From: Clostridia bacterium
GTDB lineage: Bacteria > Bacillota > Clostridia > UBA1212 > UBA1255
Direction: 5' to 3'
Assembly: GCA_017560765.1 (NCBI GenBank)
Contig: JAFZEI010000028.1
Coordinates: 66,690 to 130,689, forward strand
DNA length: 64,000 nt
Part shown: positions 37,711 to 46,669 of the stretch, in pieces
How the letters are laid out: every line of letters begins with the position of its first letter
Numbering within the stretch: the stretch's first letter is position 1
Notes under the pieces: generated by a model
The model's database searches: none
Seen by the model: only the letters and a program-made list of their open reading frames with translations
Told to the model about the DNA's origin: nothing
Program-made: the position numbers and the translations under genes

Positions 37711-38613
37711 TTAAATTTTAACATAGCGACGTACTGCAATCACACCGGAAACTACGCCAACAAATATTCCGGCTGCAAGAAACATAAAGAAAACACTCAC
37801 CGAGAACTCTGAAAATTCCGCCAAACCTAAAATATTACGAAGATCTTCAGATGCTTTTTCAACAAGTTTATATACGTATGCATACGTGACTCTCAAGGCA
37901 AAATATGAAATAGTTGCACTGATTATTCCAATAATAATGCCTTCAACCACAAAAGGACCTCTCATGTATGCCTTCGAGGCACCAATGTTCTTCATAATAA
38001 TTAATTCTTTATTACGAGCAAATACTGTCAACCTGATTGTATTTGCAGACAGAAGCACAGACAAAACGCCGTAAACTATTACTGCTACAATGCTTCCTAT
38101 TCGCACTCGTTTATTAATCGACGAAAAATACTTATATACCGGAGTATTGTCTGTCACTTCTTCTATCCCCGGAACTTTTTTCATATCCTCAGAGAATTGC
38201 TGAACATTTTTTACAGATTTCAGCTGAACTCTGAATGAAACATACATATAGTCAGAATCATAATTTTCAAATAAATCTTGTTCTTCTTCAAACATTTCTA
38301 TAGCATTTTTAAGATTTTCTTCTTTTGAAATCCTATCTACTTTATTAACTCTAGAGTCATTTACAATGATATCTGCTATGGAAAGGCTGGCTGCGTCACT
38401 AATTTCCGGAGAACAATCTATCAGAACTTCTTTTTGCTGTTCACTAATATCCGTTAAGATTCTTTGCAAATTAACGGAAAGCATCACTAAACATTCCATA
38501 ATAAACAGCGAAACAAAAATTACAAAAATCGACGAGAAAAGCATATGCCAATTTTTGAACGAATTCGCCACGCCTTGACGCAAAATATAATAAAAAATTC
38601 TGATTTTACGCAT
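37711..38613 (-). CDS. ftsX: Cell-division ABC transporter permease FtsX
   Basis: MRKIRIFYYILRQGVANSF… FtsX N-terminus, a large extracellular loop, and 4 TM segments. Start set at ATG 38613 with GGAGG 9 nt upstream; it overlaps the ftsE stop by 8 nt. Confidence 0.8.
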   Translation of the reverse strand: MRKIRIFYYILRQGVANSFKNWHMLFSSIFVIFVSLFIMECLVMLSVNLQRILTDISEQQKEVLIDCSPEISDAASLSIADIIVNDSRVNKVDRISKEENLKNAIEMFEEEQDLFENYDSDYMYVSFRVQLKSVKNVQQFSEDMKKVPGIEEVTDNTPVYKYFSSINKRVRIGSIVAVIVYGVLSVLLSANTIRLTVFARNKELIIMKNIGASKAYMRGPFVVEGIIIGIISATISYFALRVTYAYVYKLVEKASEDLRNILGLAEFSEFSVSVFFMFLAAGIFVGVVSGVIAVRRYVKI

Positions 38614-39538
38614 TTTTGTCAACCTCCGTTTCACTATCCGTAACAATTTGATTCTTGTCGTCCGCAACAGAAGAAGCATTAAAATTGATTGCGGAAACGG
38701 GCACTTCTACTTGAACAGGCTCATTTGATGCATCGGGCGAATCGATTTGTGTCGTCTGCTCTTGATTCTCGGTTACTTCCTCTTTGCGTGTAACATTTTC
38801 TTCTATTTTTTCTTTTGAAATATCATGCCCATGATTAAGCATAATAACTCTCATTCCCATTTCCTCTGCCATTTGTTGTTCATGTGTTGCAACTAAAACG
38901 GTAGTGCCGTACGCATTAATCATCTTTAAAAGAGACATAATTTCGGCTGAGTTCTCAGGATCAAGATTTCCCGTAGGCTCATCAGCTATTAAAATATCAG
39001 GTCCGTTAACAATAGCTCTTGCCAAGGCAACTCTTTGCTGTTCACCACCGGAAAGCTGTCCGGGGTAATCGTTTTTCTTACCGCTAAGGCCCATTAATGA
39101 AAGCGTAATATTAACTTTCTCTGTGATTTCTTTTTTTGACGCGCCTGTAATTTCCATTGCAAAAGCAACATTTTGGAAAACAGTTTTTTTCTCCAAGAGC
39201 CTAAAGTCTTGAAAAAACACACCAATGCTTCTTCTATATCTTTGAACTTGTGTTTTTTTAATTTTTGACACATTATGAGCATTAACATAAATTTTTCCCG
39301 AAGTAGGTGTTTCTTCCAATAAAATCAATTTTATCAAAGTGGATTTACCTGCTCCACTGGAACCCATCAAAAATACAAATTCGCCCTCTTCTATCTGAAA
39401 GCTAAGATTTTTAATGGCCTTTACACCATTGTGGTATTTTTTCTCAACATTATCAAAAACAATAATCGGAAGATTTCTCTTCTCATTATTATATAAACTC
39501 TTCTTCTCGCTTTGTTTTTCTTTTGTATATTGTCCCAT
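38606..39538 (-). CDS. ftsE: Cell-division ATP-binding protein FtsE with ~85-aa acidic C-terminal extension
   Basis: Walker A GSSGAGKST, signature LSGGEQQR, Walker B ILIADEP. The core is ~225 aa, with an extra Glu/Thr/Gln-rich tail. Confidence 0.85.
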   Translation of the reverse strand: MGQYTKEKQSEKKSLYNNEKRNLPIIVFDNVEKKYHNGVKAIKNLSFQIEEGEFVFLMGSSGAGKSTLIKLILLEETPTSGKIYVNAHNVSKIKKTQVQRYRRSIGVFFQDFRLLEKKTVFQNVAFAMEITGASKKEITEKVNITLSLMGLSGKKNDYPGQLSGGEQQRVALARAIVNGPDILIADEPTGNLDPENSAEIMSLLKMINAYGTTVLVATHEQQMAEEMGMRVIMLNHGHDISKEKIEENVTRKEEVTENQEQTTQIDSPDASNEPVQVEVPVSAINFNASSVADDKNQIVTDSETEVDKNA

Positions 39539-39572
39539 CTTAAATATTTCTTCCTTTATAACAAATTCTTTA

Positions 39573-40760
39573 TTATATCTTATTAAGCAATGCCGGCTCT
39601 TTATTCTCTATATATTGCAAAATCAAAAGGGCTATGCCGATTCGCATGCCTACATCAAATTTAGAGCAATCCAGACCTGTCATTTTATTAAACTTCTCTA
39701 ATCTGTACATCAAAGTATTTCTGTGAATATACAATACGCGAGAAGCCTCACTGATGTTAAGATTGTTTTCTAAATAAACTTTGACCGTATTAAGTAATTC
39801 TTTTGCCGATCTGTCTTTTATAAAGCCTTCTCCGAAAGTCTCAGTGATATACCTAAGACAAGCATCCATAGGTATTGAATAAATTAACTTCTCCAAACCA
39901 AGTCTTGAATACTCTAAACAATTATCTGTCATTTCAAAAATCATACCTATATTTTTTGCTTTGTCTGCCTCAATATACGCATCGTTTAGATTCATAATCG
40001 ATGATGTTTCAGAACTGACAGAAACACACGTTTCAACCATCGCCTCCAAAAGCAATGTATTTTTTATCATATTGGCATATTCAACAATATAATCGTATGT
40101 GATTTCTTCTTTTATAGGACAAACCACAGCAGTTCTCGCATAATCTATGGGAATAATCAAGAAACCATGCTCCGTCCCGAAAATTTCTTGCAGTGTGCGG
40201 CAAATAAGTTCACTATCGCCTGCCGGTGCCCCCGAAACAATATTCAGTGTTACAAGTACAACTGCAAAACCGCCTGCATTTGCCATAAAGTCACCATATA
40301 CTGCTTCTAATTGCTCCTCAGTAACATTTCTACGACCTTCTATAAGAAGCTTTTTAAATATATTTATAAGATCCTTGCTACTTTGAGACTCTCTGTATTT
40401 AAAACCATGTGCCGCAAGCGCCAAAATATTTTTATATGTTCCTATATTATTCTCAACATCGTCATTAGCATAAGTATTTAAATTTATAAACATAAAAATC
40501 AACTCATCATTATCCACAGTGACATTTTCAAACAAAAATTTGCCACGGGAAAATTTTGATGTTTCATATAAATTATAGGCATCATCATTTTGCAATTCTG
40601 AGAAAATCACTAAGAGTTCTTTGCTTATATCACTCTCGCTCTGCTTTCCGCTATAAAACAGCACGTGTCCGAGCTCATCAACAATACCAAAATCAGCACC
40701 TATATACTCAGCTATTTCTGATAACTGTTTTTTATTTGCACTACTTAGCACTACGGACAC
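39573..40760 (-). CDS. PucR/CdaR-family transcriptional regulator
   Basis: C-terminal HTH (ISEASRVLYIHRNTLMYRLEKFNKMTG) typical of PucR_C. The 395-aa protein has a GGDEF-like/PucR sensor N-domain. Confidence 0.6.
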   Translation of the reverse strand: MSVVLSSANKKQLSEIAEYIGADFGIVDELGHVLFYSGKQSESDISKELLVIFSELQNDDAYNLYETSKFSRGKFLFENVTVDNDELIFMFINLNTYANDDVENNIGTYKNILALAAHGFKYRESQSSKDLINIFKKLLIEGRRNVTEEQLEAVYGDFMANAGGFAVVLVTLNIVSGAPAGDSELICRTLQEIFGTEHGFLIIPIDYARTAVVCPIKEEITYDYIVEYANMIKNTLLLEAMVETCVSVSSETSSIMNLNDAYIEADKAKNIGMIFEMTDNCLEYSRLGLEKLIYSIPMDACLRYITETFGEGFIKDRSAKELLNTVKVYLENNLNISEASRVLYIHRNTLMYRLEKFNKMTGLDCSKFDVGMRIGIALLILQYIENKEPALLNKI

Positions 40761-40869
40761 CTCCTATTTCACATACACAACATTATATACTAAATCCGCT
40801 CAAAAGCAAACACAAAAATCCCAATAAAAAATTGTCATTTTCTTTTTATATATTTTTTTAAAAAAGGGG

Positions 40870-40899
40870 TTGACAAGCTACTACAATTTTTAGTATAAT
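40870..40899 (+). promoter_or_regulatory. Sigma-A promoter for the tRNA-Met/tRNA-Glu transcript
   Basis: TTGACA(40870-40875), an 18-nt spacer, then TATAAT(40894-40899). Confidence 0.6.
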
Positions 40900-40951
40900 A
40901 GCCGAGCGTTCTCGCCGAACGTACATTTTGAGTCGTTTGGTGAGTTCATAC

Positions 40952-41028
40952 GGCGGCGTAGCTCAGCTGGCCAGAGCATCCGGTTCATACCCGGCAGGTC
41001 ATAGGTTCAAATCCCATCGCCGCTACCA
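40952..41028 (+). tRNA. tRNA-Met (elongator, anticodon CAT)
   Basis: GGCGGCGTAGCTCAGCTGG…anticodon loop TTCATAC…CGCCGCTACCA, near-identical in pattern to Bacillus elongator tRNA-Met. CCA is encoded. Confidence 0.8.
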
Positions 41029-41031
41029 TAC

Positions 41032-41106
41032 GGCCCCTTGGTCAAGTGGTTAAGACATCGCCCTTTCACGGCGGCGACACGAGTTCGAATCTCGTAGGGG
41101 TCACCA
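41032..41106 (+). tRNA. tRNA-Glu (anticodon TTC)
   Basis: Acceptor GGCCCCT/AGGGGTC, D-arm GTCAAGTGGTTAAGAC, anticodon stem TCGCC/GGCGG with loop CTTTCAC, T-arm ACGAG TTCGAAT CTCGT. CCA is encoded. Confidence 0.85.
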
Positions 41107-41107
41107 C

Positions 41108-41147
41108 AAAAACTCTCTTATCTGCAAAGATAGGAGAGTTTTTTCTT
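41108..41147 (+). terminator. Rho-independent terminator after the tRNA pair
   Basis: aactctcttatc(41111-41122), loop tgcaaa, gataggagagtt(41129-41140), then TTTTTCTT. Confidence 0.8.
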
Positions 41148-41361
41148 AACTAAAATTGTATTCCCAAAAAGAAAATTCCGTCATAAAACACCCCTCTAAA
41201 GTACAAAATCACTTTTTGTTACAACTCCGTTACGGCTCTGCAAAAATTTTTATTGCCCAATATTCCCTTATGAGTTATAATTCATTGAAATTGTTTGGTA
41301 TTATTTGTAAAGTACCAAGGCATCACAGCATAAAAGGAGCAAAAGGCATTAAGCCACAAAA

Positions 41362-41910
41362 ATGAAAAAAAATATTACAATTCCAAATTGCATAACTTTT
41401 TCAAGAATTTTAGGAGCATTTATTTTAATATTTACTCCGAGTTTTTCTCTGTCTTTTTATGTTGTTTACACTATATGCGGTTTCAGCGATGCTGTTGATG
41501 GTTTGATTGCAAGAGCAATGAAAAAAGAAACAGAATTCGGTGCTAAACTTGACAGCGTAGCAGACTTGATTTTTAATGCTGTTTTATTAATTAAGATTTT
41601 TCCTTTTTTATGGAAAAATCTCCCAAAAACAATTTGGATTGCAGTAACAATGATTATTTTAATTCGCTTATCCGCATACCTTGTTGCTTGCAAAAAATAC
41701 AGAAAATTCGCATCGATTCACACATACGCAAACAAGCTCACTGGATTGTCTCTTTATCTTGTCCCTTATCTTGCCAAGCTGTGGACAGTTCCCGTTTGCT
41801 CAACAGTTTGTGTAATTGCAGGTTTTGCATCTTTAGAAGAACTTATTATTCATTCTTTATCAAAAGAATACAATCCATCACACAAATCAATTCTAATGTT
41901 AAAAAAGTAA
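41362..41910 (+). CDS. CDP-alcohol phosphatidyltransferase (PgsA-like)
   Basis: Motif DAVDGLIARAMKKETEFGAKLDSVADL (D-G-x2-A-R-x8-G-x3-D-x3-D), in a 182-aa protein with 4-5 TM segments. Confidence 0.7.
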   Translation: MKKNITIPNCITFSRILGAFILIFTPSFSLSFYVVYTICGFSDAVDGLIARAMKKETEFGAKLDSVADLIFNAVLLIKIFPFLWKNLPKTIWIAVTMIILIRLSAYLVACKKYRKFASIHTYANKLTGLSLYLVPYLAKLWTVPVCSTVCVIAGFASLEELIIHSLSKEYNPSHKSILMLKK

Positions 41911-43086
41911 TTACGGTTTTACATATTTGAGAGGATCTGTATGTGATCCGTTAACTCTCACTTCAAAATGTATATGAGGTCCTGTAGATGCTCCTGTACT
42001 GCCAACAAGAGCTATTACCTGACCGCGTTTTACCGATTGACCTACTTTGGCTATTACTTTGCTGCAGTGAGCGTAAAGCGTTGATATTCCGTCTCCATGA
42101 TATACGACTATGTACCAACCATAACCGCCCTCGTTATATGTTACCGAAGTAACAACACCATCAGCAGAAGAAATAATATCTGTGCCATAAGAGGCGCCAA
42201 TATCTATGCCGGTGTGCATTTTCCAATATCCGTAAATCGGATGTAATCTCATACCATAATATGAAGAGATTTTTTTTGTGCTTCTGGAAGGCCAAATGAG
42301 TCCGGAATAACTCTGTGTCTGTTGATTATAAAGTTCTTGAAGCTTTTTAATTTCTGATTCTATTTTATATGACTCTGCTTCTATTTTAGATTCTTGAGCT
42401 TCTAAAATTGCAAGAGAGCCTCTGCTCGCATCTAATTTTTCTGCCACTATCTTTTCATTTTTCTCAATAGCTTCAATTATCTCTTGTTTTTCAAGCAATA
42501 AAGCCTCAGCATCAACCTTTAATTGCTCTTGAATTTGTTTTTTACTTTCAAGATCTTGCTTCATTACAAGAAGCCCACGAATAGCTTCTCTGTCATTCTC
42601 CATCATACGGGAAAACAATTTATCCCTGTTGGCATAATCAAATATATCCTCTGCCTCCACAAAAAGGCGCAGAGAATCATATTGTGTATATCTGTACATA
42701 ATGCGTGCTCTTGTATAGAACTTTTTTAACGCTTCGTTATATTCTTCTTCTGCTTGTTGAATTGAGTTATAATACCCCTCGATTTGTTCATATATGTAGT
42801 CCAAATCATCCAACATCTGTTCTACAATCGTGGCTTGTTCTTGTTTTTGCGCAAGGATTGCTGCCATTTCCGCAGTGATTTTAGCATCTTCTTTTTTTTG
42901 TGCCTCAATTTCTGCACGTAAACCTGCAAGTTCGTTTTTAAGCTCATTTTTATTTGCTTGTTGGTGAGTTATTTGACTTTGTATATCTTCCAGACTTGCT
43001 GCCAAAGAGGCAACAGCCATGTTTATAAAAAGTGTCAATATTATAGTAAAAATTACAACCAATTTATACGATCGTTTGTTTATCAT
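41911..43086 (-). CDS. M23 family metallopeptidase with N-terminal coiled coil (EnvC/murein hydrolase activator-like)
   Basis: C-terminal HTGIDIGASYGTDI…GYGWYIVVYHGDGISTLYAHCS…GPHIHFEV (HxxxD…HxH) and a long coiled coil. Start set at ATG 43086, with GGAGGCG 6 nt upstream. Confidence 0.8.
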   Translation of the reverse strand: MINKRSYKLVVIFTIILTLFINMAVASLAASLEDIQSQITHQQANKNELKNELAGLRAEIEAQKKEDAKITAEMAAILAQKQEQATIVEQMLDDLDYIYEQIEGYYNSIQQAEEEYNEALKKFYTRARIMYRYTQYDSLRLFVEAEDIFDYANRDKLFSRMMENDREAIRGLLVMKQDLESKKQIQEQLKVDAEALLLEKQEIIEAIEKNEKIVAEKLDASRGSLAILEAQESKIEAESYKIESEIKKLQELYNQQTQSYSGLIWPSRSTKKISSYYGMRLHPIYGYWKMHTGIDIGASYGTDIISSADGVVTSVTYNEGGYGWYIVVYHGDGISTLYAHCSKVIAKVGQSVKRGQVIALVGSTGASTGPHIHFEVRVNGSHTDPLKYVKP

Positions 43087-43224
43087 TTGTTTCGCCTCCG
43101 AAAGAGTGAGAAAGTAAAATTGCATATTAACTTTCGTTGCTTATAACCTTTTAGATGATACCATAACATATAGCGTCACGCAACTTTTTTTAAAACAAAA
43201 ATAAAAATCAGCAAGCCGTTCAAA

Positions 43225-43968
43225 TCACTTTGGAGTCACAGGTCTGTATGCAAACATAAAGTTGTTAATCGGCTCACTGGACGGCTGTACCGACTGTATC
43301 CTATGGTCAGAGCCACAATCGTATCTGAAGTGATTTGCCCCGGAATCGTGTCCTGCATACAAAAATGTATGGGCAGGATACATAACACCCGTAACTGATT
43401 TTGTAGGGTTAACAAAAACATAATCGCCTGCTTGTAAATCTTCAACATTATCTATTCTTATAAAATTTTGTTTCTCAGACCACGTCTCGAAATCATGATC
43501 ATTTCTTCTGGCGTCAAATACATAAATACCGTTTTCTTCCGGTTGATCCGTAAAACCCGCTTCATAAAGAGCCCACCCAACAAATCTGTCGCAGCTTACA
43601 ATCTTTGCCTCGCAATCCATAGCAGGATTCATAGGTGCATGACCATACTTAAAACCGGATTCACGAACAAAATCCGTTATTTTTTTGCCGGCACTTAAAA
43701 TATCAGCAACAAGCTCAGAGTAAGTGGTATAAACAACCTTTCCGAAAGAGTTATATACTTGATATCCGTAATGAGCAAATTTATCTGCACAAGCTTTCGC
43801 TTCATCTATGTTATCAAAATAATATGCGTCCATCTCAGCTTGTGCTGTTTTCACGCAATACTTACCACTGCAACCTGTTCCGAAACTCACCATAACAAAA
43901 ATCACTCCCAAAGCTATAATTCTTAGTATGGTCTGAACAGCCATACTCTTTTTACTTTTTGCCTTCAT
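43225..43968 (-). CDS. Lipoprotein, putative papain-like (NlpC/P60- or CHAP-like) hydrolase
   Basis: Lipobox FGTGCSG after MKAKSKKS. A conserved Cys (IVSCDRFVGWALY) and a later His (AHTFLYAGH) are arranged as in papain-like amidases. Start moved to the ATG with AGGAG upstream. Confidence 0.4.
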   Translation of the reverse strand: MKAKSKKSMAVQTILRIIALGVIFVMVSFGTGCSGKYCVKTAQAEMDAYYFDNIDEAKACADKFAHYGYQVYNSFGKVVYTTYSELVADILSAGKKITDFVRESGFKYGHAPMNPAMDCEAKIVSCDRFVGWALYEAGFTDQPEENGIYVFDARRNDHDFETWSEKQNFIRIDNVEDLQAGDYVFVNPTKSVTGVMYPAHTFLYAGHDSGANHFRYDCGSDHRIQSVQPSSEPINNFMFAYRPVTPK

Positions 43969-44106
43969 TTTTATACTTGCTCCTGTCATTTTTTTAATAA
44001 TATCAACTGATGATATATTAGAATAAAAAGGAAGAAATGTCAACAAAACGCAAAAAGCCGGTTGCCATTTCGCAACCGGCCGTAATGCTATGTTTTTGTA
44101 CAATAA

Positions 44107-44307
44107 TTATATCGCTCTTGTAACCTTTCCTGATTTCAAGCAGGAAGTACATACGTAAGCGTAACGGGGAGTGCCATTAACCATAATTTTAACTCTCCTT
44201 ACATTCGGCTTCCAATTTCTCTTTGCACGTCTACTCACCTGAGAACGTGTAATGCTGATGTGGCGTCCGAACATCATATCCTTTGAACAAAATTCACATC
44301 TTGCCAT
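44107..44307 (-). CDS. rpmB: 50S ribosomal protein L28
   Basis: MARCEFCSKDMMFGRHISITRSQVSRRAKRNWKPNVRRV…, a 66-aa zinc-ribbon L28. Confidence 0.85.
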   Translation of the reverse strand: MARCEFCSKDMMFGRHISITRSQVSRRAKRNWKPNVRRVKIMVNGTPRYAYVCTSCLKSGKVTRAI

Positions 44308-44346
44308 TTAAACACACCTCCCTTGAAAATCTTCAAACAGCGTTTG

Positions 44347-45384
44347 CTATTGTAACATATCTTTTTCTGCAATGCAAATACTTTTTTTCTTTATTAATAC
44401 AAAAATAGCAACAAAAAACAAACCCGCAATTCCCGGTATAAATAAAACGTAAAAAATATCGTTGTCCTCACCTGTATTTACATGATTTTCTTTTTCTTGA
44501 GAAACCACCTCTATTTCATATATTCCGTCCGCTTCTTCTCCTCCATTGTAATAACTTACCTCTAATGTGGTTACACCTTCCTTCAATGCAGTCAACTTTG
44601 CAACATCACCACTACATTTGTCTGTATTGTTTTCTCTATCACCTAAGGCAGCCACATTTCTGTCCGCAACAGACCACTTTATCTCAAAAAACGAGGGATG
44701 TTCAAATGATTCTAAATCAACACTGTAATAATTTCCTTCACCAGAAAGAGCATCTACAGCCTTAATCGCATTCCAAAAGCCGGGTTCTTGCAGATACAGT
44801 TCAAATCGGCCGTTTCCCTTATGCTTTACCTTAGAAAGTATAACTTCCGGAAAGTCTTTCGGCTCATATATATGTGTATCATCGTATTCATCAAGGCATA
44901 CAACCACATAAGAAAAAGCAAATGGCATTGTATATCCTTTAGCACCTAAAAACCTTAAATCCAAAGACTCCCCTACTTCAAGTTTAATCTTTTTATCTTC
45001 GGGCATATTCAATTTTACCGTTCCTTCAAAAGGCTCTGTATACCCCATATAAGCCGTTTCAACATAAGGATTGCTTTTCGCGAAATTTTTCATTTCTTCA
45101 ATCGATATAGCTGTTTTTAACACAAAATAGTAGCAAACTTCGCGATAATGTATGTCGGCAATTTCATAATTACAGTCACTTATTATATATAATGATTCTA
45201 AATCAAGCTCGGGAAAATCTTCTGCTGTAAATTTCCCATGTTCGTAATATTCTTTTGCTATTCTTACATTTAATGCTTTAACTTTTTCAACACCATCGGC
45301 CGCAACAGATAAGGTAGGCATCGAATTTACTAATAAAATCACAGCCAATATAAATAACACCATATTTTTTTTCATAACTGACAC
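44347..45384 (-). CDS. Secreted/surface protein with C-terminal TM anchor, unknown function
   Basis: Signal peptide MKKNMVLFILAVILLVNSMPTLSVAA, a C-terminal hydrophobic helix IFYVLFIPGIAGLFFVAIFVLIKKK, and no catalytic motifs. Confidence 0.4.
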   Translation of the reverse strand: MSVMKKNMVLFILAVILLVNSMPTLSVAADGVEKVKALNVRIAKEYYEHGKFTAEDFPELDLESLYIISDCNYEIADIHYREVCYYFVLKTAISIEEMKNFAKSNPYVETAYMGYTEPFEGTVKLNMPEDKKIKLEVGESLDLRFLGAKGYTMPFAFSYVVVCLDEYDDTHIYEPKDFPEVILSKVKHKGNGRFELYLQEPGFWNAIKAVDALSGEGNYYSVDLESFEHPSFFEIKWSVADRNVAALGDRENNTDKCSGDVAKLTALKEGVTTLEVSYYNGGEEADGIYEIEVVSQEKENHVNTGEDNDIFYVLFIPGIAGLFFVAIFVLIKKKSICIAEKDMLQ

Positions 45385-45394
45385 CCTTTCATTT

Positions 45395-45946
45395 TTATAT
45401 TCCCAACATATTTTTTAGCATCGTTAATTGTGAATCATCAATTTTTACTTTAAAATTGTCATTAACCCTGCACAAGATATCCCCTTCCAATGTAAAGGCA
45501 ACCTCAGTTTTGTCATCTTCACAAAAAGTTATGATAAAACCGGTAAATTCGATTATCCCAGCCGGAGTATCTACAGAATCGGGCGAAAGAAAGTCACTCT
45601 TTGTCGGAGTTGCTGCCTCCTCTTTCACATTTACATAAATACTGCTTATGGCGGAAAAGATTTTATCAATATCAGCCGTATCAGTAATTCTTTGCATATC
45701 TGATCCAACACCATTTTTATGTTCAATTTTAACTGTCGTATATGAGCACACACGATTTTCATGGTTTTTATTTTTATCTTTCCTATCAGGCATTATATCC
45801 ATAAAAAACATTACTAAAAATACTGTAAAACATATCGCAAGGGAAATGCTTACCATTAACATACGACTACGTTTTTTTCTGCGTTCCTTTTTTCTGTCTT
45901 CTACACGGCGAAATATTTCTGCTTTGCACTCGTCTAAACTTCTCAT
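45395..45946 (-). CDS. Putative anti-sigma factor (single-pass membrane protein)
   Basis: The 183-aa protein has a basic N-terminal cytoplasmic segment, one TM helix, and an extracellular C-domain. It overlaps the upstream ECF sigma gene by 4 nt. Confidence 0.4.
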   Translation of the reverse strand: MRSLDECKAEIFRRVEDRKKERRKKRSRMLMVSISLAICFTVFLVMFFMDIMPDRKDKNKNHENRVCSYTTVKIEHKNGVGSDMQRITDTADIDKIFSAISSIYVNVKEEAATPTKSDFLSPDSVDTPAGIIEFTGFIITFCEDDKTEVAFTLEGDILCRVNDNFKVKIDDSQLTMLKNMLGI

Positions 45947-46491
45947 AACAATCCACCATCTCCTCCCAAAATGACACGAAGCTCCTTTTTAGCTCTAAAC
46001 AAGAGATTATCTATCTGCTTGCGATTTTTCTTCATAACTTTCGCAGCCTCTTCATAAGTCATTTCTTCAAAAAATACAAGATGCACAGCAGCACGCATAT
46101 CCTCAGGAAGTTTTTTCATTGCGTCATTCACTCTGATTTTACGTTCATCAGCAAGTACGGTTTCAATCAGTTTTTCTTCATCATCTTTCATATTTTGAGC
46201 TTCTGACAGATCTACAAAATCTATAATCTTACCACGCTTTATGTAGTCCAAAGCACGGCTTTTGCCTATCATAAAAAGATAAGTTTTAAGCGTAACCTTA
46301 AAATTATATCTTTTTTTATTTATAATCAGATCAGAAAAAGCATCCATCGCAATATCTTCTGCAATGTGAACATTATGCACATAGCCATTTACAAAAAATA
46401 CAAGACTTTGGAATAACTCTTTCATCAAATCATCAAAAGCACATTCATCTCCATCAAGGAATCGACGATAATAAATCGCGCAATTATCCAT
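45943..46491 (-). CDS. ECF-type RNA polymerase sigma-70 factor
   Basis: The 182-aa protein has region 2 (…VHIAEDIAMDAFSDLI…) and a region 4 HTH (MTYEEAAKVMKKNRKQIDNLLFRAKKEL). Confidence 0.75.
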   Translation of the reverse strand: MDNCAIYYRRFLDGDECAFDDLMKELFQSLVFFVNGYVHNVHIAEDIAMDAFSDLIINKKRYNFKVTLKTYLFMIGKSRALDYIKRGKIIDFVDLSEAQNMKDDEEKLIETVLADERKIRVNDAMKKLPEDMRAAVHLVFFEEMTYEEAAKVMKKNRKQIDNLLFRAKKELRVILGGDGGLL

Positions 46492-46583
46492 AAACTCCCT
46501 CCTTTCAATTTCTTGTATAAACTATTCGTATATTATACGATTATATAGCTCAAAATTCCTTATACAATTTTAGGATTTATTAA

Positions 46584-46619
46584 ATAAAAAAACTACAGAC
46601 AAGAAATCCTATCTGTAGC
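46584..46619 (-). terminator. Rho-independent terminator downstream of ispH-rpsA
   Basis: Minus-strand hairpin ctacaga…tctgtag (46593-46618) followed by a U-tract (plus-strand A-run 46585-46592). Confidence 0.5.
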
Positions 46620-46669
46620 CTTTATAAAAAGTGAAATCAGTCTTCAAATACTGTAATCTTTAAAAATTA

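Noticed and set aside
40952-41028. tRNA-Met might instead be initiator tRNA or tRNA-Ile2 (CAT)
   Set aside because: An acceptor stem starting GGCGGCG, with G1 paired to position 72 and near-identity to the Bacillus elongator tRNA-Met pattern (GGTTCATACCCG), favours elongator Met. The lysidine-type Ile2 cannot be fully excluded without a classifier.
41146-41361. 215-nt region upstream of pgsA-like gene as a possible sRNA or riboswitch
   Set aside because: It contains only an AT-rich promoter-like stretch (TTGAAA-17-TAAAGT) and an RBS. There is no conserved structure I can recognise.
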